A stretch of 64,000 nt of DNA from Mobula hypostoma (lineage: Eukaryota). The stretch spans positions 21,020,001 to 21,084,000 of the forward strand of contig NC_086097.1 of NCBI RefSeq assembly GCF_963921235.1. The letters run 5' to 3'. Made by a program: the position numbers and the translations under genes. This document shows, one piece after another, positions 22,583-36,333 of this stretch (positions within the stretch are counted from its first letter, which is position 1; each line of letters starts with the position of its first letter). Under the pieces are notes generated by a model. That model did not search any database. It saw nothing but the letters and a program-made list of their open reading frames with translations, and had not been told where the DNA came from.

Positions 22583-24995
22583 TCCTTGCGGGAAGGTTTG
22601 CTAGTGCTGCTCTGGGGGGTTTAAACTAGATTTGCAGGGGGAGGGGAACCAGAGTGTTAGAGCAGATAGTGAGGTGGAGAAGGATAAAGGTCATGCGAGA
22701 ACTACAAGTATAACTGCAAAGACTGCAAGTATATCTCTAACATATAAAGAGGCTTTGAGGAAAGAGAAGCAGAACAAACGGTGTAAAGACAGTAAGGTAG
22801 AAAGGCTAAAGTGCGTGTACTTCAATGCAAGAAGCATCAGGAACAAAGGTGATGAACTGAGAGCTTGGATACATACATGGAATTTGATGTAGTGGTCATT
22901 ACAGAGACTTGGCTGGCACCAGGGCAGGAATGGATTCTCAATATTCCTGGATTTCAGTGCTTTAAAAGGGTTAGAGAGGGGGGGAAAGAGGAGGAGGGTG
23001 GCATTACTGGTCAGGGATACTATTTCAGCCACAGAAAGGGTAGGTAATGTAGCAGGATCCTCTTTTGAGTCAATATGGGTGGAAGTCAAGAACAGGAAGG
23101 GAGCAGTTACTCTATTGGGAGTATTCTATAGGCCCCCTGCTAGCAGCAGAGATACCAAGGAGCAGATTGGGAGGCAGATTTTGGAAAGATGCAAAAATAA
23201 CAGGGTTGTGATCATGGGTGACTTTAACTTCCCTAATATTGACTGGCACCTGATTAGTTCCAATGGTTTAGACGGGGCAGAGTTTGTTAAGTGTGTCCAG
23301 GACGGATTCCTGTCACAGTATGTGGACAGGCCGACTAGGGGGAATGCCACACTAGATCTAGTATTCGGTAACGAACTGGGTCAGGTCACAGATCTCTCAG
23401 TGGGTGAGCATCTGGGGGACAGTGACCACCGCTCCCGGGCCTTTAACATTATCATGGAAAAGGATAGAATCAGAGAGGACAGGAAAATTTTTAATTGGGG
23501 AAGGGCAAATTATGAAGCTATAAGTCCAGAACTTGCGAGTGTGAATTGGGATGATGTTTTTGCAGGGAAATGTACTATGGACATGTGGTCGACGCTTAAG
23601 GATCTCTTGCAGGATGTTAGGGATAAATTTGTCCCGGTGAGGAAGATAAAGAATGGTAGGGTGAAGGAACCGTGGGTGACAAGTGAGGTGGAAAATCTAG
23701 TCAGGTGGAAGAAGGCAGCATACATGAGGTTTAGGAAGCAAGGATCAGATGGGTCTATTGAGGAATATAGGGTAGCAAGAAAAGAGCTTAAGAAGGGGCT
23801 GAGAAGAGCAAAAAGGGGGCATGAGAAGGCCTTGATGAGTAGGGTAAAGGAAAACCCCAAGGCATTCTTTAATTATGTGAAGAACAAAAGGATGACAGGA
23901 GTGAAGGTAGGACCGATTAGAGATAAAGGTGGGAAGATGTGCCTAGAGGCTGTGGAAGTGAGCAAGGTCCTCAATGAATACTTCTCTTGGGTACTCACCA
24001 GTGAGAGGGAACTTGATGATGGTGAGGACAATACGAGTGAGGCTGATGTTCTGGAGCATGTTGATATTAAGGGAGAGGAGGTGTTGGAGTTGTTAAAATA
24101 CATTAGGACGGATAAGTCCCCGGGGCCTGACGGAATATACCCCAGGCTGCTCCACGAGGTGAGGGAAGAGATTGCTGAGCCTCTGGCTAGGATCTTTATA
24201 TCCTCGTTGTCCACGGGAATGGTACCGGAGGACTGGCGGGAGGTGAATGTTGTCCCCTTGTTGAAAAAGGGTAGTGGGGATAGTTCGGGTAATTATAGAC
24301 CAGTGAGCCTTACATCTGTGGTGGGAAAGCTGTTGGAAAAGATTCTTGGAGATAGGATCTATGGGCATTTAGAGAATCATGGTCTGATCAGGGACAGTCA
24401 GCATGGCTTTGTGAAGGGCAGATCATGTCTAACAAGCCTGATAGAATTCTTTGAGGAGGTGACCAGGCATATAGGTGAGGGTAGTGCAGTGGATGTGATC
24501 TACATGGATTTTAGTAAAGCATTTGACAAGGTTCCACACAGTAGGCTTATTCAGAAAGTCAGAAGGCATGGGATCCAGGGAAGTTTGGCCAGGTGGATTC
24601 AGGATTGGCTTGCCTGCAGAAGGCAGAGGGTCATGGTGGAGGGAGTACATTCAGATTGGAGGGTTATGACTAGTGGTGTCCCACAAGGATCGGTTCTGGG
24701 ACCTCTACTTTTCGTGATTTTTATTAACAACCTGGATGAGGGGGTAGAAGGGTGGGTTGGCAAGTTTACAGATGACACAAAGGTTGGTGGTGTTGTGGAT
24801 AGTGTAGAGGATTGTTGAAAATTGCAGAGAGACATTGATAAGATGCAGAAATGGGCTGAGAAGTGGCAGATGGAGTTCAACCCAGAGAAGTGTGAGGTGA
24901 TACACCTTTGAAGGACAAACTCCAAGGCAGAGTAGAAAGTAAATGGCAGGATACTTAGAAGTGTGGAGGAGCAGAGGGATCTGGGGGTACATGTC
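22583..24995 (+). mobile_element. Young CR1 LINE of the same family as 8331-10650: end of ORF1, APE endonuclease and RT, 3'-truncated
   Basis: [29 protein letters not shown] and RT motifs in ORF 22998-24818; FTDD motif then a stop; breaks abruptly at 24995 against a Penelope element. Confidence 0.95.
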
Positions 24996-25908
24996 AACAC
25001 TCACAACACGCTGGAGGAACTCAGCAGGTCGGGCAGCATCCGTGGAAAAGATCGGTCGATGTTTCGGGCCGGAACTCCTCGTCAGGACTGTAGAGGGAAG
25101 GGGCAGAGGCCCTATAAAGAAGGTGAGGGGAGGGTGGGAAGGAGAAGGCTGGTAGGTTCCAGGTGAAAAACCAGTAATGGGAAAGATAATGGTGTGGGGG
25201 AGGGGAGGCAGGGAGGTGATAGGCAGGAAAGGTGAAGAAAGAATAGGGGAAAACACAATGGGTAGTAGAAGGAGGTGGAACCATGAGGGAGGTGATAGGC
25301 AGCTGGAGGAGGGGGCAGAGTGAAGTAGGGATAGGGGAAGGGAGGGGGAGGGAATTACCGGAAGTTGGAGAATTCTATGCTCATACCAAGGGGTTGGAGA
25401 CTACCTAGACGGTATATGAGGTGTTGCTCCTCCAACCTGAGTTTAGCCTCATTGTGGCAGTAAAGGAGGCCATGTATGGACATATCTGAATGGGAATGGG
25501 AAGCAGAGTTGAGGTGGGTGGCTACTGGGAGATCCTGTCTGTTTTGGCGGATGGAGTGGAGGTGCTCGACGAAGCGGTCCCCCAATCTGCGTCGGGTTTC
25601 ACCGATGTAGAGGAGGCCGCACCGGGAGCACCGGATGCAATAGATGACCCCAACAGACTCACAAGTGAAGTGTTGCCTCACCTGGAAGGACTGTTTGGGG
25701 CCCTGAATGGTGGCAAGAGAGGAGGTGTAGGGACAGGTGTAGCACTTGCGCTTACAGGGATAAGTGCCAGGTGGGAGATCTATGGGGAGGGACGTGTGGA
25801 CCAGGGAGTTGCAGGGGGACCGATCCCTGCGGAAAGCGGAGAGGGGTGGAAAGGGAAAGATGTGCTTAGTGGTGGGGTCCTGTTGAAGGTGGCGGAAGTT
25901 GCGGGAGG
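24996..25908 (-). mobile_element. Penelope-like element 3' part with GIY-YIG endonuclease coding region and hammerhead-bearing pseudo-LTR (25053-25090)
   Basis: Frame 25355-25908: GTYPCKRKCYTC..VIYCIRCSRCGLLYIGETRRRLGDRFVEH..RLEEQHLIYRLGSLQPLGMS; CAGTCCTGACGAGGAGTTCCGGCCCGAAACATCGAC on the minus strand. Confidence 0.92.
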
Positions 25909-26527
25909 TTAAGAAATGATACAATGTTTCTCTGGAGTGATATCACAGAAAACAGGACAAACCAGAGACTAACACTAACAGAACCACATACAGTTACAGC
26001 AGTGCAAAACAATACCATAATTTGATGAAGAACAAACCATGGGCATGGTAAAAATAGTCTCAAAGTTCCCGAGTCCATCGACTCCTGAGTCCCCGATAGC
26101 AGACGGCAAAAGGGAGAAACTCCCTGCCATAAGCCTCCAGGCACCGTCAACTTGCCGATGCCTTGGAAGCAGCCGACCACAGCCGACACTGAGTCCGTCC
26201 ATCCGAAAACTTCGAGCTTCCGACCAGCCTCTCCGATACAGCCTCCCGAGCGCCATCCTCTGCCGAGTGCCTTTGACCTCGCCCCGGCCGCTGAAACACG
26301 CAAAGCTGAGGATTTCGGGGCCTTTTGCTCCAGAGATTCCGGTTACCACACAGTAGGAGCGGCAGCGAAGCGGGCATTTCAGAAATTTTCCAGATGTTCC
26401 TCCGTACTCTCACGTCCGTCTCCATCAAATCAGAATTGTGCACGGTCCCCTACTTGACAAATAACAGATACCATTCATTTACTGGAGAGGCTGCGCGCTC
26501 TGCTGTCGCGCCGCCATCTTCACCTCC
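25909..26527 (-). mobile_element. ~620 bp CpG-rich non-autonomous retroposon, copy 2 (intact head, tail missing)
   Basis: Begins GGAGGTGAAGATGGCGGCG; ends at ..GTATCATTTCTTAA, lacking the AATAAA/(TAATC)n tail of the other copies. Confidence 0.85.
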
Positions 26528-29168
26528 TTTACAAAATATTTGACATAAAACTGCACAGAATAACAGCAAAATAACATACATATTTAAGTCACTCAGTTAC
26601 TTTTTCTCTCTCCTGTCTTTGGCATTTACCCATTCTTTGTAAACTCTATCTAGACTAATAGAACTTCCATCCAATTGATAGCTTTTGATTCTCATTAACA
26701 TATACAAATGACATTCACCTAAACGGTTTCTCAGCTTGTTTTTGAGTTGATTCATTAGACACAAACCTCGCTCACAGTCCGCACTAGACACAAGAAAGGT
26801 TCCCCCAATGTCCATCAACTGTGCAAGGTCGCAAAACTGTTCATTTTGAAGTACAAATGCCACCATTTGAGCAAAGTTTGAAATCAGTTTGGATTTAATT
26901 TTTTCTTGCACGGAAAATTTGAAATCATTAAACTGTCTAACTATTACAGTATTTTCAGCTAGAAAATCATGATATTTTAGGCATAAGGCATTAACTTGGT
27001 TCAGCGCCAAATGTGAAGTCACAATCTGCAATTGCGGAGAAATCAAAACCTGACCATTCTTGTACCTCATCTTCAGGAAACCTTTCTTCTAGATGAACAC
27101 AAAGAGTATTTATAAAAGTCAACAGCGAACTTGCACCTTCTGTGACGTTTCTTTCATGTTATTGGCTTAGCAAAACTTTAACTTTGTCACTCCATGAAAC
27201 ATTGTCTCCCAGATACTGCTTTCTTATCTTGTTAATCTTGTCTAGCACAAAATGAAGTGAATCAATCGGTGTCAGGCCACTCTTTTGCAGAATCTTGCAC
27301 AGTGCAGCCAGTTCATCAAAGACATCACCTAAAATCTCTAAAGCTACTCTGTATGTGATGTTCATCAATTTCTTGTGATAGTATTTAGCCACAAGGTCAT
27401 TTGACTGATCTTCTTCAAAGCCTCATAATTTTTTATTATTGCTTGCAATGCAATGTGTCTAGATAACTATCTGACTTCATTAAGTGGTCTGAAAGCAACA
27501 GCTTCATTTTCAGAGGCCTCTGCAATTTCTTTACATTCACATCCTTTAACTGCAGATTGAGAAAACATTGTATAGATTGTTCACATCAAAGTTTCAATGT
27601 CTCTGATTAAATTGACTTCTTTCCATGCATCACGAATCCCCAGATCTTCACGATGTGCTACACAGTGTTGCTGAACTAAGTGTGGAGTGTCCTGTTAAAT
27701 TCTTGCTGCAACACTATTAACTCTGCCCAACAGTACTGACGCCCCATCAGACGTAAACATCACCATTTTATGGAGGTCAAGTTTCTTCTCTTCATAAAAC
27801 TGCTTGATCACTGAAACAACAGAAGAAGCATCACACGCCTGCAGATGAACTATTCCGCCAAAAAACGTTTTATGAACAGTACAATCTTTAGTTCTGAATT
27901 TGCAGTACAGAATGAGACATTTGTTAACAGATATGTCTGTGGTTTCCTCAGCTGCTAATCTGTGAAAATCTGCTGATGCTATTTCTTCAAACATGTCTTT
28001 CTGAACGATATAGTTGACAGTCTCCAGAAAGTCGAACGCATAATTTTTGCTTCGCCAGCTGTCTGGGAGTTGAACATACTTTTCCATATGTTCATTAATC
28101 TGTTGAACTGAATGTAAAAAGTTAATCATTTTAACAGCTAACAACACACTGTCGATAAGAACTTTGATCTCCTCTGGGTTTGATCGTTTTCGCTCTTGCT
28201 CGTCTGCACTCAACCATAACATGCGTAGCACTCCTGTAATGGGTAATGATGGATTCTGTTGCCTGAGCTTTTGTACACTGTCCAAATGCGATTTACTTGC
28301 CAAATGACACTTCAAAAAGTCAAGTTTCCAAATATTGTCCCATTTCTTTCCACTAGCAAATTCTCCAGCAACAGATAACTCCAATTTCCGAATCATACAT
28401 AAATATTTCTCGTAGCTCAACGTTCATGACCTCATGAGCTTTCGGTGTAGCAATTTCTACTATATTGTTAAGCCATTCAACTTTAAACAAATTTGCAGTT
28501 CTTTTGCGCTTCACGCCCTTCGCTTCTTTTGAATTTGATAGAGTGAATCAATTTTTTTTTCAATAAAAACTTAGTAAGCTATCTACAGGGTTTGAAACAG
28601 ATCTTTGTAAACTTTACGATATGGACACTGTCTGCCAAAGATGGCCACCGCCGTGATGCAGTAGTACAAACCAGAACAGGAAAGGTGAGGTGACGTAAAT
28701 TATACTTTATACTTTATTGTCGCCAAACAATTGGTGCTAGAACATACAATCATCACAGTGGTATTTGATTCTGCGCTTCACACTCCCTGGATAACAAATA
28801 TTAAATATTAAAAATAGTTAAAATTAGTGAATATTAAAAATTTAAATTATAAATTATAAATAGAAAATAGAAAAATGGGAAGTAAGGTAGTGCAAAAAAA
28901 CCGAGAGGGAGGTCCAGATATTTGGAGGGTACGGCCCAGATCCGGGTCAGGATCCGTTCAGCATTTGTGACGTGCATTGTGGTATTTGAAGAACTGACTA
29001 ACTAGCTAACAGAAACATTTAGCTAAAAGATTATTTTCAATAAGTATAATTATTAATTACTACATTATTTTAGGTAACTAACCTTTTGTGTGCACATTAA
29101 TTTCCTTTGTGCGTTGGTTGAAAAACGTGTGTGCACGCGCACATGCGCACAGCTTAGAGGGAACATAG
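26528..29168 (-). mobile_element. Decayed hAT DNA transposon (ZNF862-like transposase), one terminus retained
   Basis: Broken minus-strand frames ~28545-26597 with EETTDIS, FTSDGASV and the hAT dimerisation motif SSADCERG..MNQLKNKLRNRL; TIR-like end GCGCACAGCTTAGAGGGAACATAG finishing at 29168. Confidence 0.88.
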
Positions 29169-29677
29169 GCCCTAGGTGGGTGTGGGGATTGATTCCTGGC
29201 CTAAACTCGCAGACATCGGGCCTCTGACTTCTGGAGATGTCAACCCAGGACTTAAAGTATCGGGCCTTGACTCTGGGACTCACCAACTTCAGTCTTTGCC
29301 CTTCAGGCTTCAAGCTTCAGTATCAAGCCCAGGATTCGCTGATCATGGGGCTTTGAACTCAGTATACTCAGACTCATACTGTATAGCAAACCCCTCATGC
29401 CTAGAATCAGTCTAGTGAATTATTGAGCACCTCATCTTCCTTTGCTCGTTAGTTGACTGAAATTCACTTTCACTGCACAGCATTGATTAATTGGTGCATT
29501 AAATGCCAAGACTATTATAGCACTGTCACATTTGGTTAAGATTATGCTCTCAGTAAATGCTCCCAGAGAACACAATCTTACATCTCCCCTGCACCACTGG
29601 GGTGCAGTCTGATACAGGGAGATCACTGGAGTGATGAAGCAGCCGCCACAGGAGACAAACAGCAATGATTTAAGGAT

Positions 29678-30240
29678 AAACACAAGAGATTCTGCAGGTG
29701 CTGGAAATATTGAGCAACACACACAAAATGCTGGAGGAACTCAGCAGGCCAGGCCGCATCTATAGAAGGTAATAAATAGTCGGCGATTCAGGCCGATACC
29801 CTTCATCAGGACTGAAAGGGAAGCGGGTAGAAGCCCGAATAAGGAGGTCGGGGGAGGGGAAGGAGAACAAGCTGGTAGGTGATAGGTGAGACCAGGTGAG
29901 GGGGAAAGGCTGAATGGGGGAGGGTGGGATGCCGGGAGGTGATAGGTGGGAGAGGTGAAGGGCTGAAGAAGAAGGAATCTGATTGGAGAGACAGCAGACC
30001 TTGGAAGAAAAGGAAGTAGGAGGGGAACCAGAGGGAAGATGAGGAGTTGGGAATGGAGAATGGAAAAAAGAGAGAGGAGAGAGGGAAGAAGGAATTACCA
30101 GAAGTTAGAGAAATAGATGTTCATGCCAATAGACAGGATGTTACCCAGATGGAATGAGGTGTTGCTGTTCCAACCTGAGTGTGGTATTATAGTGGCAGTA
30201 GAAGAGACCATGTTCAGACATGTTGGAATGGGAATGGGAT
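29678..30240 (-). mobile_element. Penelope-like 3' fragment with decayed hammerhead motif (29777-29814)
   Basis: Family head, CAGTCCTGATGAAGGGTATCGGCCTGAATCGCCGACTA on the minus strand, purine-rich tract and GIY-YIG C-terminal remnant. Confidence 0.8.
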
Positions 30241-32008
30241 AACAGTCTCTAACAGACCAACATTAGCTAAAGAGCTTAGTTCCGAAAGAGGTACAAGAAC
30301 AGAGATTTCCAGGAGCAGATGGATGTAAATTGTTGTTGCAGGATAGGTTACAAAAGTTGTCAAAAAAACACATGCTGTGATTTTATGGGATAGGCTGCAA
30401 AAGCAAGAATGTCAGCACGAACCTTCACAAGACAGGAATATGGTCACAAAAATAATATTTCCTTTTAGGAAAGATGAGAAGACCTGTTACATCAAGGAGA
30501 GAGGCTATTTTTGCCATCAAGTCAATGTTTAGTGAGTCTAACCCCTCTGTCCCCTCTCTGTGGCCATAATTCTTTCTTTCTGGTGCCTATCCAGCTCTTG
30601 TTGAACCCTGTGATTGAATCTGCCCCCACTGCTACCCCCAATCACTAAGCCACGCACAGTGTGAACATTTTTTCCTCGTGATCCGTTTAGTTCTTTTGTT
30701 AAATGTCTTCAGTCTCTGTCTCCTGGTTCACGGTTGTTTTGCCAATGGGCAGTATTTCTTTTAACCTGATCTGTTGTGGTTTTCAAAGTCTCTATCAGAT
30801 ACTCATTAATCTTCTCTGATCCAAGGAGAAGAACACCGGTCTCTGATCCCCCTCATAACCAAAGGTTAGCAGACTAGATGTAGAGAAGATGGCTCCCCTG
30901 GCTAAAGAGACTAGCACGAAGGGCTGGGATACTCGGCGCAGAGAAACACCTGCACCTGGAGGGTGTGAATCTTGGAAGTTGTAAATTCTGGAAGCCAGGT
31001 GATGAATTTATTCCAAACAGAGAAGCATAGAGGTCAGTCTGGCATGTGAAGGGGAGGTAGATGAGTTTCGAAAGTTTGAAAGATCAACTCTTACCAATGT
31101 TTATCCATGCACCATAGAAACCATTCTGTCTGGATGCGTAACGGCTTGGTATGGCAGCTGCTCTGCACATAACAGCAGAGAGTTGTGAACACAGCTCAGC
31201 ACAAGACAGGAATAACCCTCCCCTCTAAGGACTGACTATACTTCTCACTGCCTCAGTAATGCACCCAGCATAATCAAATACCCCCACCCACTATGAACAC
31301 ACTATTTTCTCCCCTCTCTCATTGGATACAAGATACAGAAACACCTACTACCAGGGTCAAAGCCAGCTTGCACCCCACATTTATAAGACTATTAAACATT
31401 CACAATCTGTTATGATCTTGCACCTTGTTATTTACCTGCAGTGCACTTTCCCTGGAGCTGTTAGATTGCATTCTGCATTGTTACTGTTTTACTTGCTTTA
31501 CCTCAATGCACTGCGTGATATTTTGATCTGAACAGTCTGTGAGATGAGCTGTATGTTGGTGTGTGTGACAACAATAAACCAATACCAATATCAAATGCAG
31601 CCTGTGGCGAACTGGCACAGGAGAGGAGGTGAGGCCTGGAGCAGATCAACCATGATCTCGTTGTCTTGAGGAGCTGGTGGTCTACTTCCACTCCTACTTT
31701 CTTGCGTTCTTCTGTTCTTTAGATTTCTGATAAAGGAATCAAGGTTTATGGGGATATTGCTAAGATAGGGCACTAAGGTAGAATATCGGCCACAATCGTA
31801 ATGAGGGGACTGAGCTGGAAATCCTGATGACCTATTCCTTCTACTCATCCTTATTTTCCAATGTTCCCTCATCCATGGAGTCTGTGTTGCCCTTAAGGCA
31901 TTTGTTTGACTTCGTTGGGTCTACACTTTAAATGATTTGTTTGTAACTATTCTCTAGTTAAAGTTAAAGGTTGATAATTAAGTTACAGTATAACAAAGGT
32001 AAATTCAT

Positions 32009-32302
32009 TGTCTATGGTATATCGCAGCGTATGATGACGTCACTTCCAGTTTCGCCGTGTCTTATGTGTAACCTCCGGTTCGGAGAAGGTGTGAAGGTGG
32101 GTGCCATGCGTGCAGCAAGATCGTGAAGAACTCCGTTTCTACCCTTGAAGAAACATTATAGAAGCAACACCTTTTCACCATACGACGTTAATGTGGAAGA
32201 GTGAACAGTAAATGGTTAACCTTACTACGACTCTGTCTTCATTGGTTCCGGTTTAACTTGGTGTTTGGTCAGAGTTTCAACACACTGCACGAGAACACTA
32301 CA
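32009..32302. mobile_element. Possible solo LTR
   Basis: CpG-containing ~290 bp block bounded by TG..CA with TGACGTCACTTCC inside AT-rich DNA; no convincing TSD found. Confidence 0.3.
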
Positions 32303-34537
32303 GAGTCATTTCCACTAATGTCCTGTACACTCTCCCAAAGCCTTCATATCTTTTCTAAATACACCGACAGTGGTGAGACCAGGGTTACGTTTCGATTTCC
32401 TTGCTCTTGTCTTTCCTTCATGCCTCCATTGATGAAGCCCAGGACTCCACATGGTTTTACAACTTGCTGGTCCAGATTCTATGAACTGTGCACATTTATT
32501 TCCTGAATCTCTCAGTTCTTTTAGCCCTTCTAGAACTTTTCTCATTGGCTTACATTGGCTTTCCTCAGTTTTTCAATCAAGAAGCAATATTTTGCATTTC
32601 ACAGCACTAACCTTCACCTGTCTCCTAGTCACCCCATCCATCAAACTGTCTGTAAGTCCTTGAAGTCAGTTACTATCATTCTCAGAAATAACTAATTTCC
32701 AAGTTACATGTCATCAGCAAATATGGAAAATGTCCAGATTCACAGAATACAAAGAAATGTCAGCACTTCTGTGATATTTTAAGGCCTGGCCTTTGCACTT
32801 ACTACCACTTGTGAACATCATGATAAAGAAACAGGTTAGGGACAGATCTCTGCGGCAGATGGAAAACTACAAAACGAATCAATGCCATATGGTCTTGAAA
32901 AACCCCAGATAATTAACTGTTAATATTTTCTTTCAATAGCTCAATTTTAACATTTGCCTTTCCATTTATACAACATTAGATTTATTTTTATATCAGTTCC
33001 CTCTGAGATCCGCACAACAGGACCACTCAGAGAATGACATTCATCTCCTTCCAGGTTCTGAGCTCAAAACTGACACCTTCTCATCACCTAAAGCTATATT
33101 TAAACTATTATTTTTTTCATTCTTTATTCTCCTTCTTCTGTATTCTCCATCCTTTGATTTTGTTTTCTTTGCTGCTTTTATGATCTTCTGGCTTTTGAAG
33201 GCAAATGAATCCTGGGATTTAATGCCAGTTATGGTTAAATGTCATTACAACTTTTTGATGTGGGTCTGCTGCAAGATATCACAGTTTTGCGTTATCCCAT
33301 TTTCCAGGGAAATTATGTCTGGAATATAAATGGGAGAAGGGAAAAAATGCAGTCGGGAGATACTACTGGGATGAAAGATATTGAGAGGGAAATATAAAAC
33401 AGTAACATTGTGTAATTTCTTTTAACTCTGTTATTTTATCTCGTGCTGACCAAGAATGTGCAACTTAAAGCCACAGACAGCATTTTCTGAGTCTTTCAAA
33501 GCTAAGCCCACCCTAAAATATTAACTTTAATCTGCCAGAGTTGCTGTGTTCTGTACAGAACTCAAAACTGAGGTTATGTCTGCCTACTTAGCTGAATGTG
33601 GAAGATCTTATCACCTCTATTTGTGGTACATTTCAGGTAAATGACTTTTTTGAATTGATAAATTAGTAAAGTGGTTTATTGTTGTCACATGTTCTGAGGT
33701 ACAGTGAAAAACTTGTCTTGCACACTGTCCATACAGATCACTCCCACATTGGCATTGAGGTAGACCAAAGTAAAACAGTAACAGCATGCAGAGTAGAGTG
33801 TTACAGCAACTGAGACACCCTGAACGTGCCCTGTTCTCACTGCTGCCATCAGGAAGAAGGTACGAGAGCCTTAGGACTCAGGCTACCAGTTTCAGGAATA
33901 GCTACTACCCCTCAGCCATCAGGCACCTGAACCAAAGGGAATAACTTCACTTTACTTCACTTGCCTCATCGTTGAAATGCTCCCACAACCTATGGACTCA
34001 CCTTCAAGGACTCTTCATCTCATGTTCTCAATATTATTGCTTATTTATTTTTTATTATTATGATTTCTTCTTTTTGTATTTGCACACTTTGTTGTCTTCT
34101 ACACTCTGGTTGAATGCCCCATTTGGGCACTCTTCCATTGGTTCTATTAAGGCCATTACTCTATAGATTATTGTGTATGCCCACATGAAAATGAATCTCA
34201 GGGTTGTATATGGTGACATATATGTATTCTGATAATAACATTTACTTTGAACTTTGAAAGTGCAGTACAGACAGGCAGTAAGTGCAAGGCCATAACGAGG
34301 TAGACTGTGGGGTCATGATTCCATCTTGTCATGCTAGGGGGACTGTTCAATAGTCTTACAATCACAGGATAGATAGGGAAGTTTTTCATCAGAACTGTGA
34401 AAAGTTAGGTGAAACACACCGTCAGGAAAGTGTTGGAAGCAGATATGATAGCAATGCTTAAGAGCCATTGAGACGGGCACATGAAGAAAAGAGAACTCAG
34501 GATCTTTGGAGAGGAATAGACAGCTGACATTGAATAG

Positions 34538-34671
34538 GGTCCTGATGAAGGGTCTCAGCCCAAAATGTCTACTATTCCTTTCCACAGATACTGTCTGACC
34601 TGTTGAGTTCCTCTATCATTTTGTGTGTGTGTTACTCTGGATTTCCAGCATCTGCAGAATCTCTTGTGTTT
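34538..34671 (+). mobile_element. Penelope-like pseudo-LTR with decayed hammerhead motif
   Basis: GTCCTGATGAAGGGTCTCAGCCCAAAATGTCTAC followed by the family body and tail TTTCCAGCATCTGCAGAATCTCTTGTGTTT. Confidence 0.8.
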
Positions 34672-35595
34672 AAGCAGGCAGATGGGATTAGTTTGGATTC
34701 GTATCACGGTCAGTTTGGATATTGTGTGCTGAAGGGTCTGTTCCGATACTGTACTGTTCCATGTTCCACACTGATCGTGATCAGATCTCGGTTATTGGAA
34801 GCTTGCTGCTTTCAGATCGATGGCTATTTTTCTTGTTTTGCCACAGTAGCTACACTTCAGTAGTAAATATATAAAACTGGATGGGATATTAGCCAGAGAG
34901 GCAACTGGTCCATGCTCCATTTGAACCTTCTCCATGATCTCCATATCTAAATCTATCACCATATCCCTAAGGGTTGGAAAAAGTTGTGGCAAGTTGTGAA
35001 CTCTGCCAACCCCGGCATGGGCACCAGCCTCCCCAGCATCCCGGACAGCATCAAAAGGCAATGCCTCACAAAGGCTGCATCCATGATTAAGGACCCTCAT
35101 CACTCAGGACATGCCCTCTTCTCATTGCTACCATCAGGGAGTACAGGAGCCTGAAGCCAAACACTCAACAGTTCAGTAACAGCCTCTTCTCCTAGGCCAT
35201 CAGATTTCTGCCAGAAAACTAAAATTTTCGCAACATAGAGTATGCCAGTGACATTAAACCTGACTCTGATTCTAAGGTACCCTTTGCTCCCGTAGGGTTT
35301 ACGTTTGGCTTGTCCACCCTTCCATGAATTGCTATTTGCTGCATGCACTCCATACAACAGAAAGGCAAGCCTTTTGCCACCCCTCAGGCATCCATTGTAT
35401 AATTGACATTCAGAATCTGATTGCTGGGGAAAACACTCCCTCTTCGTTATACCACCATGGACTGTCGGAGGTGCATGATTGGCTTGCAGTCATTTCACAA
35501 GCTACCCTATCTATTGTGTTTATTTAAAGATGCAGCACATTATTAAGTCGTTTCAGACCAAAGAGCCAGTGCTGCTTAATTACACCCTTGTGACC

Positions 35596-35663
35596 AATTA
35601 ACCTACTGTATTAATTAACTTACTGTATTAATTAACTTACAGTATTAACTAACCTACTGTATT
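35596..35663. repeat. 17-bp tandem repeat x4 inside a SINE
   Basis: Unit AATTAACCTACTGTATT with minor variants. Confidence 0.85.
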
Positions 35664-36333
35664 AACCGTACATCTTTGGAATGTGGGAGGAAACCCATGT
35701 TGTCACGAGGGAATGTTCAAACCCTTTACAGACAGCGGTGGGGTTGAACTGGGATTGCTTGCACTGTAATATCGGTATGCGAACAGCTACGCGGCTGTAC
35801 CACGCTGAACTAATCTCCTGTTGTCAGCAGCGTATCCAGTGAAAACAATAAACAAACGAGATTAACGTGTTCCCACTCTCACAGTGGCCATAGTTTGGAG
35901 TGTTGAGTTCCAGTTTATGCCAGTATGGTTTTGTGTCTGCTTATGCCTACCTATTGAATATTGAAAGGCCTAGATAGAGTGGATGTGGAGGGGATGTTTT
36001 CTACAGTGGGAAAATCTAGGGCCAGAGGGCACAGCCTCAGAATGGAGGGTCGACCCTTTAGAATAGAGATGAGGAGGAATTTCTTTAGTGTGTGGGTGGT
36101 GAATCTGTGGAATTCATTGCCACAGATGGATCTGGAGGCCAAAGTATATTTAAAATGAAGGTATATAGGTGTTACAGGGAGAAGGCAGGAGAATGGGGCT
36201 GAGAGGTATAATTAATCAGCCATGATGGAATGGTGGAGCAGACTCAATAGCCTGAATGGCCTAACTCTACTCCTATGTCTTACGCTCTTGAGGGTGGAAA
36301 CACAAATATTGTCCAACATGCATCTTCTACTGG

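Noticed and set aside
31859..31870. CAATGTTCCCTC resembling the missing hAT terminus
   Set aside because: Short match lying to the right of the retained terminus, so it cannot enclose the transposase; probably chance.
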